Shown here: piece after piece, positions 40,760 to 56,914 of the stretch
How positions within the stretch are numbered: position 1 is the first letter of the stretch
Layout of the letters: each line of letters begins with the position of its first letter
Source of the DNA: the human T2T-CHM13v2.0 reference genome, Homo sapiens
NCBI RefSeq assembly: GCF_009914755.1
Contig: NC_060934.1
Direction: 5' to 3' (one strand)
Length of the DNA: 64,000 nt
Translations under genes and position numbers: made by a program
The notes under the pieces: generated by a model
What the model was told of the DNA's origin: nothing
Databases searched by the model: none
Seen by the model: the letters and a program-made list of their open reading frames with translations, nothing else

Positions 40760-41179
40760 GAATCTGTGCCATGGACCCCATCAGCAATCTGAGAAAGCCT
40801 GTGGACCCATTTTTTCAGAATGTTTTTAATGCATAAAATAAATTACCCAGAATAGACCAAAAAAAACTAATTCAATTAAATTTAAATAAAGTTATTAAAA
40901 GATTAAAAAACAAATATTTAATACCCTTGTATGTACTTTTTAAATTAATATATTATATATCAAGATCTACTGGCAGGTCTGATAACTACTACAATTTTGA
41001 GGAAAGAATGAGCATAAATAATATTTTCAGATGTAATGACTGTATTATGATATAAAAATTTCTGTGATTTCTATTGCAACAAAGTCGCTTATATTGCTAA
41101 TACTACTCGAGTTAATTTCCAACCCTTACAATTGAAAGTAATCTTGTAAGTTATAAGGTTTATAAAAATAAAGATATAA
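40760..41179. mobile_element. hAT-Charlie DNA transposon remnant (MER119-like), interrupted by an Alu
   Basis: gcctgtggacccatttttt...caagatctactggcaggtctgataactac...attgctaatactact; family recognised from memory. Confidence 0.45.
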
Positions 41180-41498
41180 GGCCGGGCATGGTGGCTCACG
41201 CCTGTAATCCCAGCACTTTGGGAGGCCGAGGCGGGCGGATCTCAAGGTCAGGGGTTCAAGACCAGTCTGACCAACATGGTGAAACCCCATCTCTACTAAA
41301 AATACCAAAATTAGCTGGGCGTGGTGGTGTGCACCTGTAATCCCAGCTACTCAGGAGGCTGAGGCGAATCGCTTGAACCCAGGAGGTGGAGGTTGCAGTA
41401 AACTGAGATTGCACCATTGCACTCCAGCCTAGGAGACAGAGTGAGACTCCATCTCAAGAAAAAAAAACAAAATAAAATAAAATAAAAATAAAAAAATA
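41180..41498 (+). mobile_element. AluS
   Basis: TSD aaaataaagatataa. Confidence 0.9.
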
Positions 41499-41810
41499 AA
41501 AATAAAGATATAATTCTTTTTTCTCATGTAAAAAACTAAAGCTTTCCAGAGCTCACCTCCCCTCAAATATGGGAACTTCAATGGAAACAGAAATTAAGTA
41601 TAACATGTAATCTAGGGACATCTGAAATAGACCAAAACTAAATTTTGAATAACAAACCCAGATAAGAATTCACAACACACTCCATGGGGAAGAGCCAAAC
41701 TGGCAAGTGAGGGATTTTTCCTGTGTCAAATGTCTCAGTATCTTGACTACAAAATATGTGAACACACTAAAATCAGAAAATAATTTCTGGTTCAAAGTCA
41801 AAAACATGAT

Positions 41811-42122
41811 GGCCAGGTGTGGTGGCTCATGCCTGTAATCTCAGCCCTTTAGGAGGCCAGCGTGGGTGGATCACTTGAGGTCAGGAGTTTGAGATCAGTC
41901 TGACCAACATGGCAAAACCTCATCTCTACTAAAAATACAAAAATCAGCCAGGTGTGGTGGTAGGTGCCTGTAATCCTAGCTACTGGGGAGGCTGAGGCAG
42001 GAGAATCCCTTGAATCCAGGAGGCAGAGGTTGCAGTGAGCTGAGAGTGCACCACTGCACTCCGGGCTGGGCAACAGAGAGAGACTTCATCTCAAAACAAA
42101 ACAAAACAAAACAAAATAAAAA
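41811..42122 (+). mobile_element. AluS
   Basis: Full dimer. Confidence 0.9.
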
Positions 42123-42220
42123 CATTATATTATTGTAAAGTATATTTGGCATATACTCTACAGGATGTACAACCTAGAATAAAAACCATGGGTTCCATAT
42201 ACATAAACAATAATGAATGG

Positions 42221-42904
<684 letters not shown>

Positions 42905-43137
42905 TAGGAAATGAGAAAGAGATAACACAGAGATATGAAATTCGTAGTGCAGCTGATGAGACTGTAACCTGATTTTGATAAATACACTGTCAAACTTTGC
43001 CCACTACATTTGCTGACACCTTGCTACCCTGACCTCTCTGTGCTATTTACTTCCAACCTCCTCCTCTCTGTTTATTTTGTTGTTGTTGTTGTTGTTTTAA
43101 CTGGAGCCTTGGTTATTGAGACAATCTCTTTCCCTCT

Positions 43138-43172
<35 letters not shown>

Positions 43173-43320
43173 TGTGACAGGTCAGGTGTTATGCTTGGAC
43201 CCTTTAAAACAATTGGTAGATTTTTTTTTTCCTGTTTTGTTTCGACAGGGCTAACTTTTCAAATTAAATCCTTTTATTGAATTTTCACCCTTGGATAGTT
43301 TCTGAAGATGCTGCCTTCGC

Positions 43321-43353
<33 letters not shown>

Positions 43354-43764
43354 ATAAATAAAATTAGAACTGATACATTTCATGCTTTGTGAAAGCTAAG
43401 CCTGAGATGACAGTTTGGCATTATCAACCGCCATGCCTTCAGGGAGCACAGGAATAATGCTGGGTGTAAGAAAATGTGCAGATCACAGAGAGTGATGGCC
43501 TCATTGTTTTTAGGATAAAGCGTCATGTGCATTGGATGCCACAAGCCAGAAAACAGCAGCATATGCCCAAAAGCTTGAAAATGAAAGCAACCCGGGATGC
43601 TACCAATTCCATCCAGAGCTTCCTAAACTAGGGGTGCAATCATGGGAAACAGACCCTCAAGCTCTTTCACTAATTTTCTGTTGTGGAACTTTGCTACTCA
43701 AAGCATGTTTCACAGACCCGCAGCATGGATATCATCTAGGAGCTTGTTAGAAATGCAGACTCTC

Positions 43765-44080
<316 letters not shown>

Positions 44081-44310
44081 TCAGGCCCCTACTGAATTAC
44101 AATGCAGATCTTAACAAGGTCCCTAGGTGGGTAGCATACATGCTAAGGTTTAAGATGTGAGGCTCTAGCATTTTCAGACAACCTGGTAAGTGAGGTGAGA
44201 TAGCCACTGGTAGCCCTGACAACTGGTCAGCCGGGTATGCCATCATTCAACATATGCTTAGTGAGATCTCTCTACATGTAGATGCCATGGCATGTGCTGG
44301 AGACATAATG

Positions 44311-44478
44311 TTTTTGTTTTGACATGGGATCTCACTATATTGCCCAGGCTGGAGTAAAGTTGCTATTCACAGTTGTGTTCATAGTGCACTACAGTCTTGA
44401 ACTCCTGGGCTCAAATGATCCCCCTGCCTCAGCCTTCTGACTAGCTGGGACTACAGATGTGTGCTACCATTCCTGGCT
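44311..44478 (-). mobile_element. FAM (fossil Alu monomer) inserted in an L2 (~44240-44990)
   Basis: Carries the 7SL-derived gctattcacag segment absent from dimeric Alus; TSD ctggagaca(t/c)aat. Confidence 0.8.
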
Positions 44479-44963
44479 CTGGAGACACAATACTGAATAT
44501 GATATACATGGTCCCTGCTCTCATAAAACTTACAGACTGGTGGCGAGAAACGGTTGTGATCGAATAAACACGTAAAAAGAAAGTATAATTTCAAACAGAG
44601 AAGAACATGATAAAGAAAAAAAATAGTTGTATAAAAGCAATCAAAATAAGAAACTCATTTAGACTGAGAGTTTACGAGAGGCTTTTCTAAGAAATAGGCG
44701 ATTAACCTGAGGTCTCAACCATCCACAGTAATCAATTATGCTCGATTGGTCAGGGTATGGGCAAGAAAGAAGGGTATTCCAGATAGAGAAAACAGCATGT
44801 ACCAAGGCTTTATGGCAAGACACATACCCCTGTATGTTCCAAGAATTGAAAACCCGCCTAAAGGCCTGCAGGCAACGAGTGAGGAGAGGGCAGACTAAGA
44901 TTAGGCTGAGGGAATGGGCAGACACAAGTTATGCTGGAGCTATAGGTCAAGATGAGAATTTAG

Positions 44964-45221
<258 letters not shown>

Positions 45222-47011
45222 TAAGCAAGACTTTTAAACAATGATGTGTTTACTTTTGCATTAAGAAAATATTGATCTCTGTTATGTAGCAAGAACTGGA
45301 CCTTGGAATCCAAGATAACATCATCTGCTCCAGGGAAATGGAGACGTCACCACCAGAGCGAGCCCCCTGAGGAGGTGGGAAAGCTGCTCTGACCTGTTGA
45401 GCTCATTCTGTGTCAGGCACAGTGCTGGGCATGTTACATGTGGCAGCTTTGCCTGGGTTACAGAGGATGATGGTCAGCCTTGATCCCTAACCTGTGCCCC
45501 AACTGACTCTGTCAAAAAATATATTCACTCCCCCAAAAGGGAAACAAACCTTTAGAGATGAGAAATCTCATGGTACATGCATAGTAATGAAAAATGTGTG
45601 GTTTCTGGGGAGTTTGGGTTATAGGGTTGTCCTGCTTTGTTTGGCTGTAAGCTGGTAAAGTGCAGGACCTTCTGCCTTTGTGTTCAGAAGAGCCAAGGAC
45701 TGGTAGGCACAAACGGCAGTGATTAGGGTGCTTTTGAATTGTGAGGGATATTTTAGAAACTGGGAAGGTCTTGGAAATGAGATGGTCACTCTCTGGGCCA
45801 GCGCTGGGTAGCCTACAACAGCCTCATTGCTCTGTGGTAATTGTGGATAGTCCATTCTCTTCCTCTCCTCTACATCTGAGACCTCTTCCTTTCTCCCTGT
45901 CTTTTTTCCCCTCACCCTCTTCTATATACAGTTTCCCCCTTTTCTCATTTTCTTTTACCCCCTCACCTGGAGTGCTCTATCCTAGGCCTAGCGGTACCCC
46001 TGCAAATGCTTAGCCCTTCTGAGGATCCTCTGTACCAGAGAAGGGGAAGGAAACATTCATTGCTGGTGTTAGTAGGTCAGGCACTGTGTGAAGTATTGTA
46101 TATGCATGGGTTTCTTGAATTCTCACCTGAATAGGCTCTGTGAGATAGACATCACTGTCCTCTACTTATTTACCATATTAGCTTAGCTATATTATTACTT
46201 AAGCTTTCTATGCCTTTGCTTCTTCATATGTGAAATGAGAAAAACAACCTACAACATTGTCATGAGGCTACAAAGTGTAGTCCTGTCCTTCACTGCAGCA
46301 TAACCACCCGGAGTTGATAAGAACTACTGACAGGTGAGCAATTCACTCAACTGACTCTCCTCCTGCTGCCTCTCATGGGGACACACAGAAAAATTCTCTC
46401 TCTCTCTTTTTTTTTTTTAATTCTTTCCAAGTGTTTTGTGAATCTCCAAACAAGACAGTGAGGCATGGCCTGGATGGTATCTGACAAAATAAGGAGACTG
46501 AAGAAACAATTCAACACAAAAGAGTAGCAGCAGCAACAACAATGAAACACTTTAGGAATCAAGAGTTTGGAAGTATTCTCTTTACCTGGAAAGACACTTT
46601 GATTGGATGAGAGGGCTGTGCTGGTATCACCACTATCAAAATATGCATATTTCTGGATAACCTATATATTTATATTTACAAATATATGTGAAAATATATA
46701 TTTATGAAAAATTATTAAGACTATTTTGTATTACTGAAGACAGGAAATGTCTTCATGCCTAAATCACACAATTATTGCCACTGTGCCACTGTGCCTGCCT
46801 ACCTATCCTTAGCTCTTCCGAACAGAAGATACCTGCACTTTACTAGCTTAGAGTCAAAAGAAGCAGGTCACCCCTGCAACCCCAAATCCTCAGAAACCAC
46901 ACATCCACTATTACTCTGCATACACCATGAGATTATTACACAGACTCAGTTCATGACAGAGTCATAGAACTAATATTACTATGAGTATTGCGGCAAAGTT
47001 GATTTACTTAC

Positions 47012-47076
47012 GACCATCCACAGTTCTGGCCTCAAGATGCACAAGGTCTGGTTCTTTATTTGACCCCATCACAGAC
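47012..47076 (-). CDS. SORCS1: SORCS1 coding exon (65 nt, phase 2/1; probably exon 6)
   Basis: Minus strand TTTTTAG|G TCT GTG ATG GGG TCA AAT AAA...GAT GGT C|GTAAGT encodes SVMGSNKEPDLVHLEARTVDG. Its frame joins the next exon (C|AT = His). Not in the ORF track. Confidence 0.95.
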
Positions 47077-47989
47077 CTAAAAAATGGAGAAACATGAAAA
47101 GAAACATCCATATTAATGACTTCACATGTGCCTTAGTGGAACTCGGCAGAGCCCCCAGACTATTAATATCCACAGGCATCTAAACCCACAATCCTTAGAA
47201 TATATCTACTCTATGTATTTATACAGCCTGACAGTAAAATTTCCACTTAAAATAAAAATGATAATGAAAACTACATTTGATGAAAGGCAGGCTGCATTCT
47301 AGCAAGGATGTTGCATGTTATTAGCTGGGACTTGCATACAGGTCCTACGCATGTTGGGCGTGTACTCTTGCAACAACCCCAGTGACAGTGTATTAAACTT
47401 TCAAAACTTATTAGGCAGGCATGCTGCTTCAGCTGGGTGACTTGATCAGCGATTCCCATAGCACACTGATCTAATTAATTTTTTCACTGAAATTTGCCAA
47501 ACCACCTACGACTGCCCTATGAACAAACCCTGTGACTCAACCAATACAGCAGCAGTTACAGCAGAGTGATGATTCTCTGTATTGTCGAACCCATGTGAAG
47601 AGAAATAGATGCACCTCACTTTCTGATACGTGCCTGAAACCATATGTGTAAGCAAAATAAAAGCCTATTTAAAATGCCTTGGAGACACATATTATTTTGT
47701 GTAATCCTGCAGTAAGCTATATTAAATAGAAAATAATTATTATTCTGGAACATAAATAATATGGGCAATCACGCTTTATCTCTAGGATTTTTATACAATG
47801 AGATTAATTAAACTTGGGAACATCTGCACTTTTTGAAAAAATCAGGCTTTGCAGAACTTTAATTTATTCCATTTCTACACAGAAAACAGCGAAATGCCTC
47901 CAAACTGGTCCCTCTGCCTGCCCCCAGCCACTCAGCCCAGCCACTCAATCAAGGCTAGAAAATGCAGATGTTAAAACTACTTATCCCTG

Positions 47990-48254
47990 GGCCGGGCGTG
48001 GTGGCTCACGCCTGTAATCCCAGCACTTTGGGAGGCTGAGGTGGGCGGATCACAAGGTCAGGAGATTGAGACCATCCTGGCTAACACGGTGAAACCCCAT
48101 CTCTACTAAAAATACAAAAAATTAGCCGGGCGTGGTGGTGGGGTGCCTGTAGCCCCAGCTGCTCCAGAGGCATGAACCTGGGAGGTAGAGCTTGCAGTGA
48201 GCCGAGATCGCACCACTGCACTCCAGCCTGGGTGACGGAGTGAGACTCCGTCTC

Positions 48255-48282
<28 letters not shown>
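47990..48282 (+). mobile_element. AluY/Sc with internal deletion
   Basis: Dimer lacking part of the right arm; TSD ~tacttatc. Confidence 0.88.
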
Positions 48283-48286
<4 letters not shown>

Positions 48287-49800
48287 CTTATCTCTCCAGA
48301 GCCTAGTGCGGTATCCACGACCCTGCACAGACTGGGTCCATCTCACTTTTGCTGCCTCATCTCCTGCCACACTGAAAGATGTTGCCATTGTCTGAAAGTG
48401 CCACACTCATTTCCTCGCCCCTCTGTGAGTCTCTAAGCTTCTGCCTTCAGGTTGAGATGCTCTTCTCCAGCTTCACCTAACCCCTGAATCATAGTTTAAG
48501 ACACAAGTGAAAAGTCACTTCCTCTGTTAAATATGTCTCATTTACGACAGGGAAAGGCTTTTCCTCCGATCAGCAAGTGTTTGTTATAAATCCTGTAAGG
48601 TCCTTATCAGAGTTTGTTATAAAGAATTATTTTTGTGTTTTTCCAATATGAAGGCATCCTCTTCCCCCAACAGACACACACACAACACACAAATACAAAA
48701 GATACACACACAGAGATACCCAATAAAGCTACTGGAAGGTCTTCTCTTTACACACTTTATATTCATAGATATAGTTCCTGGTATATAACAGACAGTCAAA
48801 TGTGAAATGAAAGAAGGAAGGAATGAAGGAAAGACTAAAGAAAAGGAAAGAAGTTAGGAGGAAAGGCAGGGAGGACAAGAGGAAGGAGGTAAAGAGAAAG
48901 AAAGCGAAGGGGCTATAAAGGTCTGCGGGTTTTCTGAAGTAAGTACATTAATCATTGTTCTAGGGTTATTCCCAGAACTCTACTTACTTAAACTCATTTT
49001 TCCAACTCAAAGAAGCTGAGTGGCTAGCTGGCTTAATCACTCTTCATCTGGAGAAAAGAAGTCTCCTTAAAGCCCTGTTATTGCTGTCAGTAAGTTTTCT
49101 CTGATTGATACATGGCCTGCAATTCAGAGCCTATGCTTGAAACATTAAATCCTACTTTGTTCTTCCCCTAGGAAGCAGATATTTCCTAATAAGGGTCTCA
49201 TAATTTCCCTCATATAGACATGGGACATGCATTTGCACATTTTAATCACTGGAATCTGCTTGAATCCAGGCAGAAAGTGACCCTTTCATCAGAATTTCAG
49301 TTACGTACTGCAGCAACTACTAGGCTTTGGGTGGTGACTCTCCTCACACTGAAGCATTAACTGGATCCGCAGGTGACCTTTTCTGACAAGACTGCAAGTC
49401 ATGAGCATTAAAAAAGAAAATGAGCTGCTTGACAAGCCTCAATCCAGAAAGCTCAGCAGTTAACTGTTTTATTTCAAAATGGGCAGTTACATGTTGTTCA
49501 ACTGTCCACCTTGCCTTAAGTTTCATCCTTGAAATGACTACCACCACTTATTCCCAGGAGAAATGCAGTACCCCAGAAACACAAGGTTAAAACTAGCATG
49601 CAAGCCTATCTACTTGGCTTACGGCTAGTGTCAACGGGAGGCAAAATAATTACGCTGGATTCAGTGTAGCTTTCCATGTGCGTATAGTCTCAAATAAATA
49701 ATAACAGTAGTTTTTAAAAATCTTGTATTATCTTTAATGGCAAAGCTGTTGTTTCCAGTGACATCTCCCACTGCCTTATCAACAAACAAAAAACAGGCAA

Positions 49801-50077
49801 GGCCAGGTGCAGTGGCTCACGCCTGTAATCCCAGCACTGTGGGAGGCTAAGGTAGGCGGATAATGAGGTCAAGAGATTGAGACCATCCTGGCCAACATGG
49901 TGAAACCCCGTATCTACTAAAACTACAGAAATTAGCTGGGTGTGGTGGTGTGTGCCTGTATCGGGAGGCTGAGTCAGGAAAATCCCTTGAACCTGGGAGG
50001 TGGAGGTTGCAGTGAGCCAAGATCACACTGCTGTACTCTAGCATGGGCAACAAAGTGATACTCCATTTCAAAAAAAA

Positions 50078-50109
<32 letters not shown>

Positions 50110-50120
50110 AGAAAAAAAAG
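49801..50120 (+). mobile_element. AluS (Sc-like)
   Basis: Dimer; TSD aggcaa. Confidence 0.9.
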
Positions 50121-51851
50121 AGGCAAGAGCAAAACAGAGTTCTCTGTTCTCCCCAAATCTACTGTGGCTAACAAACCTCCTTATTCTGCCTAAATGTTTT
50201 CTCATCTATAGTAAAACAATTACAACTACAAAACAAAGCTTTACATATGAAAGTCAAACCACAGTGTTTCCAATAATTTTTATTTGATGATGCCTCACCC
50301 CTAGACCTGTGGTCCAAGAGTATCTCTAGCAGTTACAGATGATAAAGAATTATTGCTGTTTTTACTTTATGGCCTAGTGAGTTCTTAATTGCTGAGGCCA
50401 ATCAATGCTGAATGTCTGTATAAGTGCTGATTTTAACGGTCCTGTCATTGACCAGATACCTTAGAAAAGCATATCATTGCAGTTGACCCAAATGATATCA
50501 TTACTCTAGCCTATATATGCTGCTAAATTTTAGCTGGAGCTACAGAGTTAGGTAGCATTCTGTGTGTTTTAAGACCAACTATGTGTTTCATCCTCATCCT
50601 CATCATTAAACATCACTGTCATCATCATTATAATCATCAAAGAAAAACAGCATCAACATAGAATTTAATACAAAATGAACTCTTCATGGTCTTACTTGCA
50701 GAATGAGATCTTGAGACTGATATTCAAGCATCTCTATCCAAAGACGTTGGTAAATCTGACTTCTGGTATTAAGTATAAGGGATTGGGCACCTTTGTTTTA
50801 TGCCTCTAGATTATCCGACACATATCACTGTCATAGTTCATAATGATTTGCTACATGTCTGCATAAATGACTCTCTTAATACACCGGACTCCCAAAGGCA
50901 AGTGTTCTGTCTTTTATCACTGAACTCTCTCTGCTTGCCTAAGTACAGAGAAGCAAGTTTTCTCAGTAAATACATATACAACATTTTTGCACCAGTCAAT
51001 ATTTACTAACATCCAATACAGCATGTTATTCTTTCTGGGACTCAGAACCTCTCTGTAAATATATGATAAAAATTTTGTCTAGGATATTTTAATTATTTAA
51101 AAAAAGGCAATAGGTAGATGTATCTTGTGTACCTTTACACTGCCTTTATGTTGAACCAGGAAAATGAACTCCCTTCTTGAAGTGAATTTTATGGAAGGGA
51201 AAGGGAGTCTTTCTGTGTACATCCTGGTGTCTGCCTGGGATCTCCTCTCATCCTTCTTCTGCCTTCATAACTCTTATTGCTGTGGCTCAGCTGCAGATGA
51301 CTGAAGTTGAAAATAGGCTTCTCAGTGGGGGTGCCACTTAAGCCAAGTTGGTTATCCTTTCTGAGACTTTCAGAATGATGAACATACTTTTGCACAGAAA
51401 AAATTAGGCCATGTTATAATTGGTGACTCATTTGTCAATCTCCTTTATTGACAGACAGACTCAAACCTTTCTGTACCTCTGTGCCAGGCACCTGCATGCC
51501 ACAGAGAGATTATCAAAAAGCATTAACTGAATGGCTTTTGAGAAAAGAGAAGTACACAAACCAGCCATATCAGCATGTATTAATTTATCTGTATATGTAA
51601 CTTTTGTTAAGTTAGTTAACATCTCTGTGCCATCACTTTTTTAGTCTTTAAAATAAGTTAACATAATTTTTTCTATATTTTTCCTATAATGTACATCTTT
51701 AAGTACCTAGAAGACTCCTGGCACAGAGCTAGGGCTCAGGAAATACAGTTAATTTATTTCTTCTCTTTTTCCCCCTTTTTATTTCAAGAAATGGGTGGGG
51801 GAATATTAATACCTAAGAAATTAAAATGTATGCTGGTATTAAAAAACTCTT

Positions 51852-52169
<318 letters not shown>

Positions 52170-53972
52170 CTATCAAAATTATTGATTGTCATAAGTCAAT
52201 AGACAAAAAATGAGTCAATGGCTCAGAGATCAATTATATGAATAAATACAATTCAATTATTTATTCATTTATTTAGTCAGTGAAACATTCCAAACCCCTA
52301 CTATGAATTAAGAATGCGGGCTACATAATTACTGCACTTAAGAGCTTTAGAACTACAGAAGAGGCAGTAACCCAATGAAGAAAGGGTTCTAACATTCAAG
52401 GTGCTATTTGAAGACACAGGAGGAATGACCTTTCACCTGCAGATGGAAACCTGGAGGAAAAGCAAGGTCCAGGAACCCTTTGGAGTAAATGAATCAAATC
52501 TTCAAGTACATGCAGCAATAGGATCAATGGACAGAAGGAGTGAAGAGCATTCCATTTACAGACAAATAGCAGGTACTGGGGCCCTAGCTCAAAGAAAGGA
52601 TGACCCATATATGTATCTATTGTAAGTCAATAGGATGGATCCAGTGTTTCCAAAGTAGATTAGCAAAAGAGAACTGAAAAGACACCAGGGGCCCAATCAA
52701 AAAGCACCTTTTGTGTAATGCTCAGGTTTTGTATTTGATCCTAAAAGCCATGAGATGGTGCTAAAGAAAGGTAAGCATATACATTTATAAGCAGGTGAAA
52801 AGACTTCAGTCCTGGTCTATGTGTGGTCCTCGCTATTGAGGGAGTATGAGGCGAAGTTGCACAGGTCATCTAGATGAGCTTTGTTGATGAAAACAAGACA
52901 AAGCCCATTGCAGCCTCCTACATCTATACTTCCAGTATCTTAAGTAGGTTTTCACATTTAGGAGCTATTTTGAAATAAAACCTAAAGATCACTAAAGACA
53001 AGAATATGAATAAAAACAAATCACACTCTGAAATAGTATACCAGTGACATAGCAGCACAACATCAGCCTTCTGAAATACAATCAGCCAAATGCAGCCTTT
53101 GTAGACATTTTCTACAGAGAAACTCAGAAATGTCACTAGTTTATCATTCGCCTGGCATTTTGTCTGAGTTTATACCAGCTTAATATAGTGCCCAATAAAT
53201 GCTGCAGAGCCACAAAATGTCCTGATGTAGATAACCGCAGAGCAAGTATTACAAAATAAATATCATGATGGGATAGCACCTATTTATTCAGATTCAGAAT
53301 TGCAGTTAATGGCATATGGGAAGAAACGAGGAGGGACCTGCAGAGGAACAGAGGCTGGAAGGTTGGAGACCCCTGCCTTCCTCTTCATGTTCCCACAGCC
53401 CCTCTTCATAAACAAAGTCCATGAGGGCAACAGGTCCTGTCTGCTACCAAAGTGCCTGGCAGGTATTGGCAGTGACATACCTTGGTTTCCTCTCCTACAG
53501 TCAAGGGTTTCCCCTTCACCTGCCACTATAATTAGGCCCTCAGACAAACATCATCAAGATAACCCTGGTTAAGGCCACAGTTTTTGTTTTTGAATAGATC
53601 ATCTTAGCCTGAGGTCTCGTCTGCATCCAACATGGGCAAATGGGCCAGATAATCTACAAAGCAGCCGAAGGTGCCATTTAACCTCTCCCTTTAGCCTAAG
53701 AAACATGTCTGCTTTCTGCTTTTATTCCTCTGGCCCCCGACACTGTCAGTCACATTGGTTCTCCAGAACCAAAGGTACCTACTAAAAATAACAAATAAAT
53801 AGATCAATAGATAAACAGACAGATAAAAACAATGCTTAATCTCCTCAATGCACAATGGCCTACTGAGAATCAGCATTGCCAGCAACCTGAAGCCCTCTAC
53901 ATGCTGCATTTTGTCATCCTTACTCCCCAAGCCAGAAGCCCAAGTGTTTATTTCTATGATGTCTGCAGCAAA

Positions 53973-54023
53973 GTGTGTGTGTGTGTGTGCATGTGAGTGT
54001 GCGTGTGAGTGTGTGTGTATGTG
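53973..54023. repeat. Imperfect (GT)n
   Basis: Direct read. Confidence 0.85.
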
Positions 54024-54404
54024 TAGGTGTCGGGGAGCAAAGTGAGGCACGCAAGTCTGACCTGGAATGAAGAAATACATAAAGCTCAGGAGAGCAGTGA
54101 GGAGATGAAGATGTTTATTGAGCAAAGGGCTTGGTAAATAGGACTAAAAGTTTAAACAACAATGTTTAGAAACAAGCAACCTGTCTCTAAAGACATCACA
54201 ATGACCAGACCTAAACCAGCCAAGAAGAAGCTTTCTGCAGCAGCTCTCCCCTTCCTTTCCCCACTTTCCCTTTTCTAATTTAATGACTTTGCTTTTTCCA
54301 TCAGTGTTTGCATTTTTCTGTTTCCTTCTTATTTCCCCACTTTTATGCCCCCTCTTTGTCTTTGTTGTTTCTTAAATAAATATTTTTTTTAAAGAGGGGA
54401 TGGT

Positions 54405-54713
<309 letters not shown>

Positions 54714-55657
54714 TCAGTGCTCCTGATCCCCAAACAAAAATCACAGTGCCAATGAGATACAGAGAAATGCACTTCAACTGATCAAAAAGAGCATGAGATT
54801 AAGGTAAAGGAAAAGCTTAAAATATTTTTAATAAGGTTTCTTTTTATCTTTTTAAACTTTAGTGGTATCATACCCTGCGTATTTTTAGCAACTTGTTAAA
54901 TGTACTCAATAATATATCTTGGAGATGGTTCCATACCAGAACAAAAAATTAATGAGATAAATCTCTAACTATTTTATTGCAACCTATTAAATGAAAATAT
55001 CCGATTTATTCAGTCGTTGTCTATTGATGGACGCAAAGAAAAAATATACATAAACGGGGAAGAAAAAACTGGAGATACACATTAAAAATTCATAATTGTA
55101 GTCACTTTTGGTAGAGTTTGGGGGTTGTGGGTAATAGTCAAAGGGATCCTTATCTTTATCAGTAATTTAAGAACTTTTATAAGGAAGATGTATATATGCG
55201 ATTGTCTAATAATTAATACAGCTGTACTATTAATAAAAAGAAAATATTCTCCATCTGGAAAATAAAGTCTAAGTGGGTAGTAAATATGAGCAAATCACAA
55301 AGGGAGAGAAAAAAGGATGAGTGACATTTCCGTAGGGAGGAGACCTGGGATTTTCTCAAATCTTGAATACTTATAAGTCAGACACCATCTTAGTGAGAGG
55401 GCCAGGAAGGTGAAAGCCTAGAAGAGTTGTGGTCAGAGAAGCAGTGCTAAGGACTTCCTGGAGGGGCGTGCTTGTGTTGATGTTAAATTCAGTGTGAGAG
55501 GAAGGAGGCTGGAGATCCCGCGTGGGGCCGGAGGGGCCACAGTGACAGAAGACAGGGAGAAGAGAGAACCTCTCCACTTCTCCTCTCTTTATCCATTTCT
55601 GTTAAGGACAAAGAACTTCAGATTAGAGGGTAGAACAAATATAAGTTTAAAGGAATT

Positions 55658-55934
55658 GCTCAGCGCAGTGGCTCACACCTGTAATCCCAGTATTTTAGGA
55701 GGCTGAGATGGGAGGATCGCTTGACTCCAGGAGTTTGAGACCAGCCTGGGCAACAAAGCCAGACCCCATCTCTATTAAAAATTTTTAAAAAGGCCAGGCA
55801 CAGTGGCTCACGTCTGTAATCCCAGGGTCTCACTATACTGCCCCGGCTGGTCTTGAACTCCTGGACTCAAGCAATCTGTCCACTTTGGCCTCCCAAAGTT
55901 CTGAGATGACAGGCGTGAGCCGCTGTGGCCAGCC
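55658..55934. mobile_element. Composite of Alu monomers: + monomer, + 34-nt Alu start, - monomer
   Basis: Junction ...tgtaatcccag|ggtctcactata... Confidence 0.8.
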
Positions 55935-56150
55935 AGGGATTGTTTTAAAAGGCAAGGTTAGTGGACTAGGTATTTGAACTACAGACTCACTATGGATGAC
56001 CAGAAAGGTTGGGTAAATATTAAAAGTAATAAGAGACCTAGCAAGGAAATAAAAGAATCATGAGGCCAAAAACTGAGAGAAGATGGAAATTCAGAGAAGA
56101 AAGTCCAGAGTTTGGCCCACTCTTCCCCTGGGGAAAACTGTCATTGTCTT

Positions 56151-56914
<764 letters not shown>

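Noticed and set aside
46576-46600. Minus-strand TCTTTCCAG|GTAAAG as a recursive splice site
   Set aside because: Short pyrimidine tract and only about 430 nt from the real donor; expected by chance.
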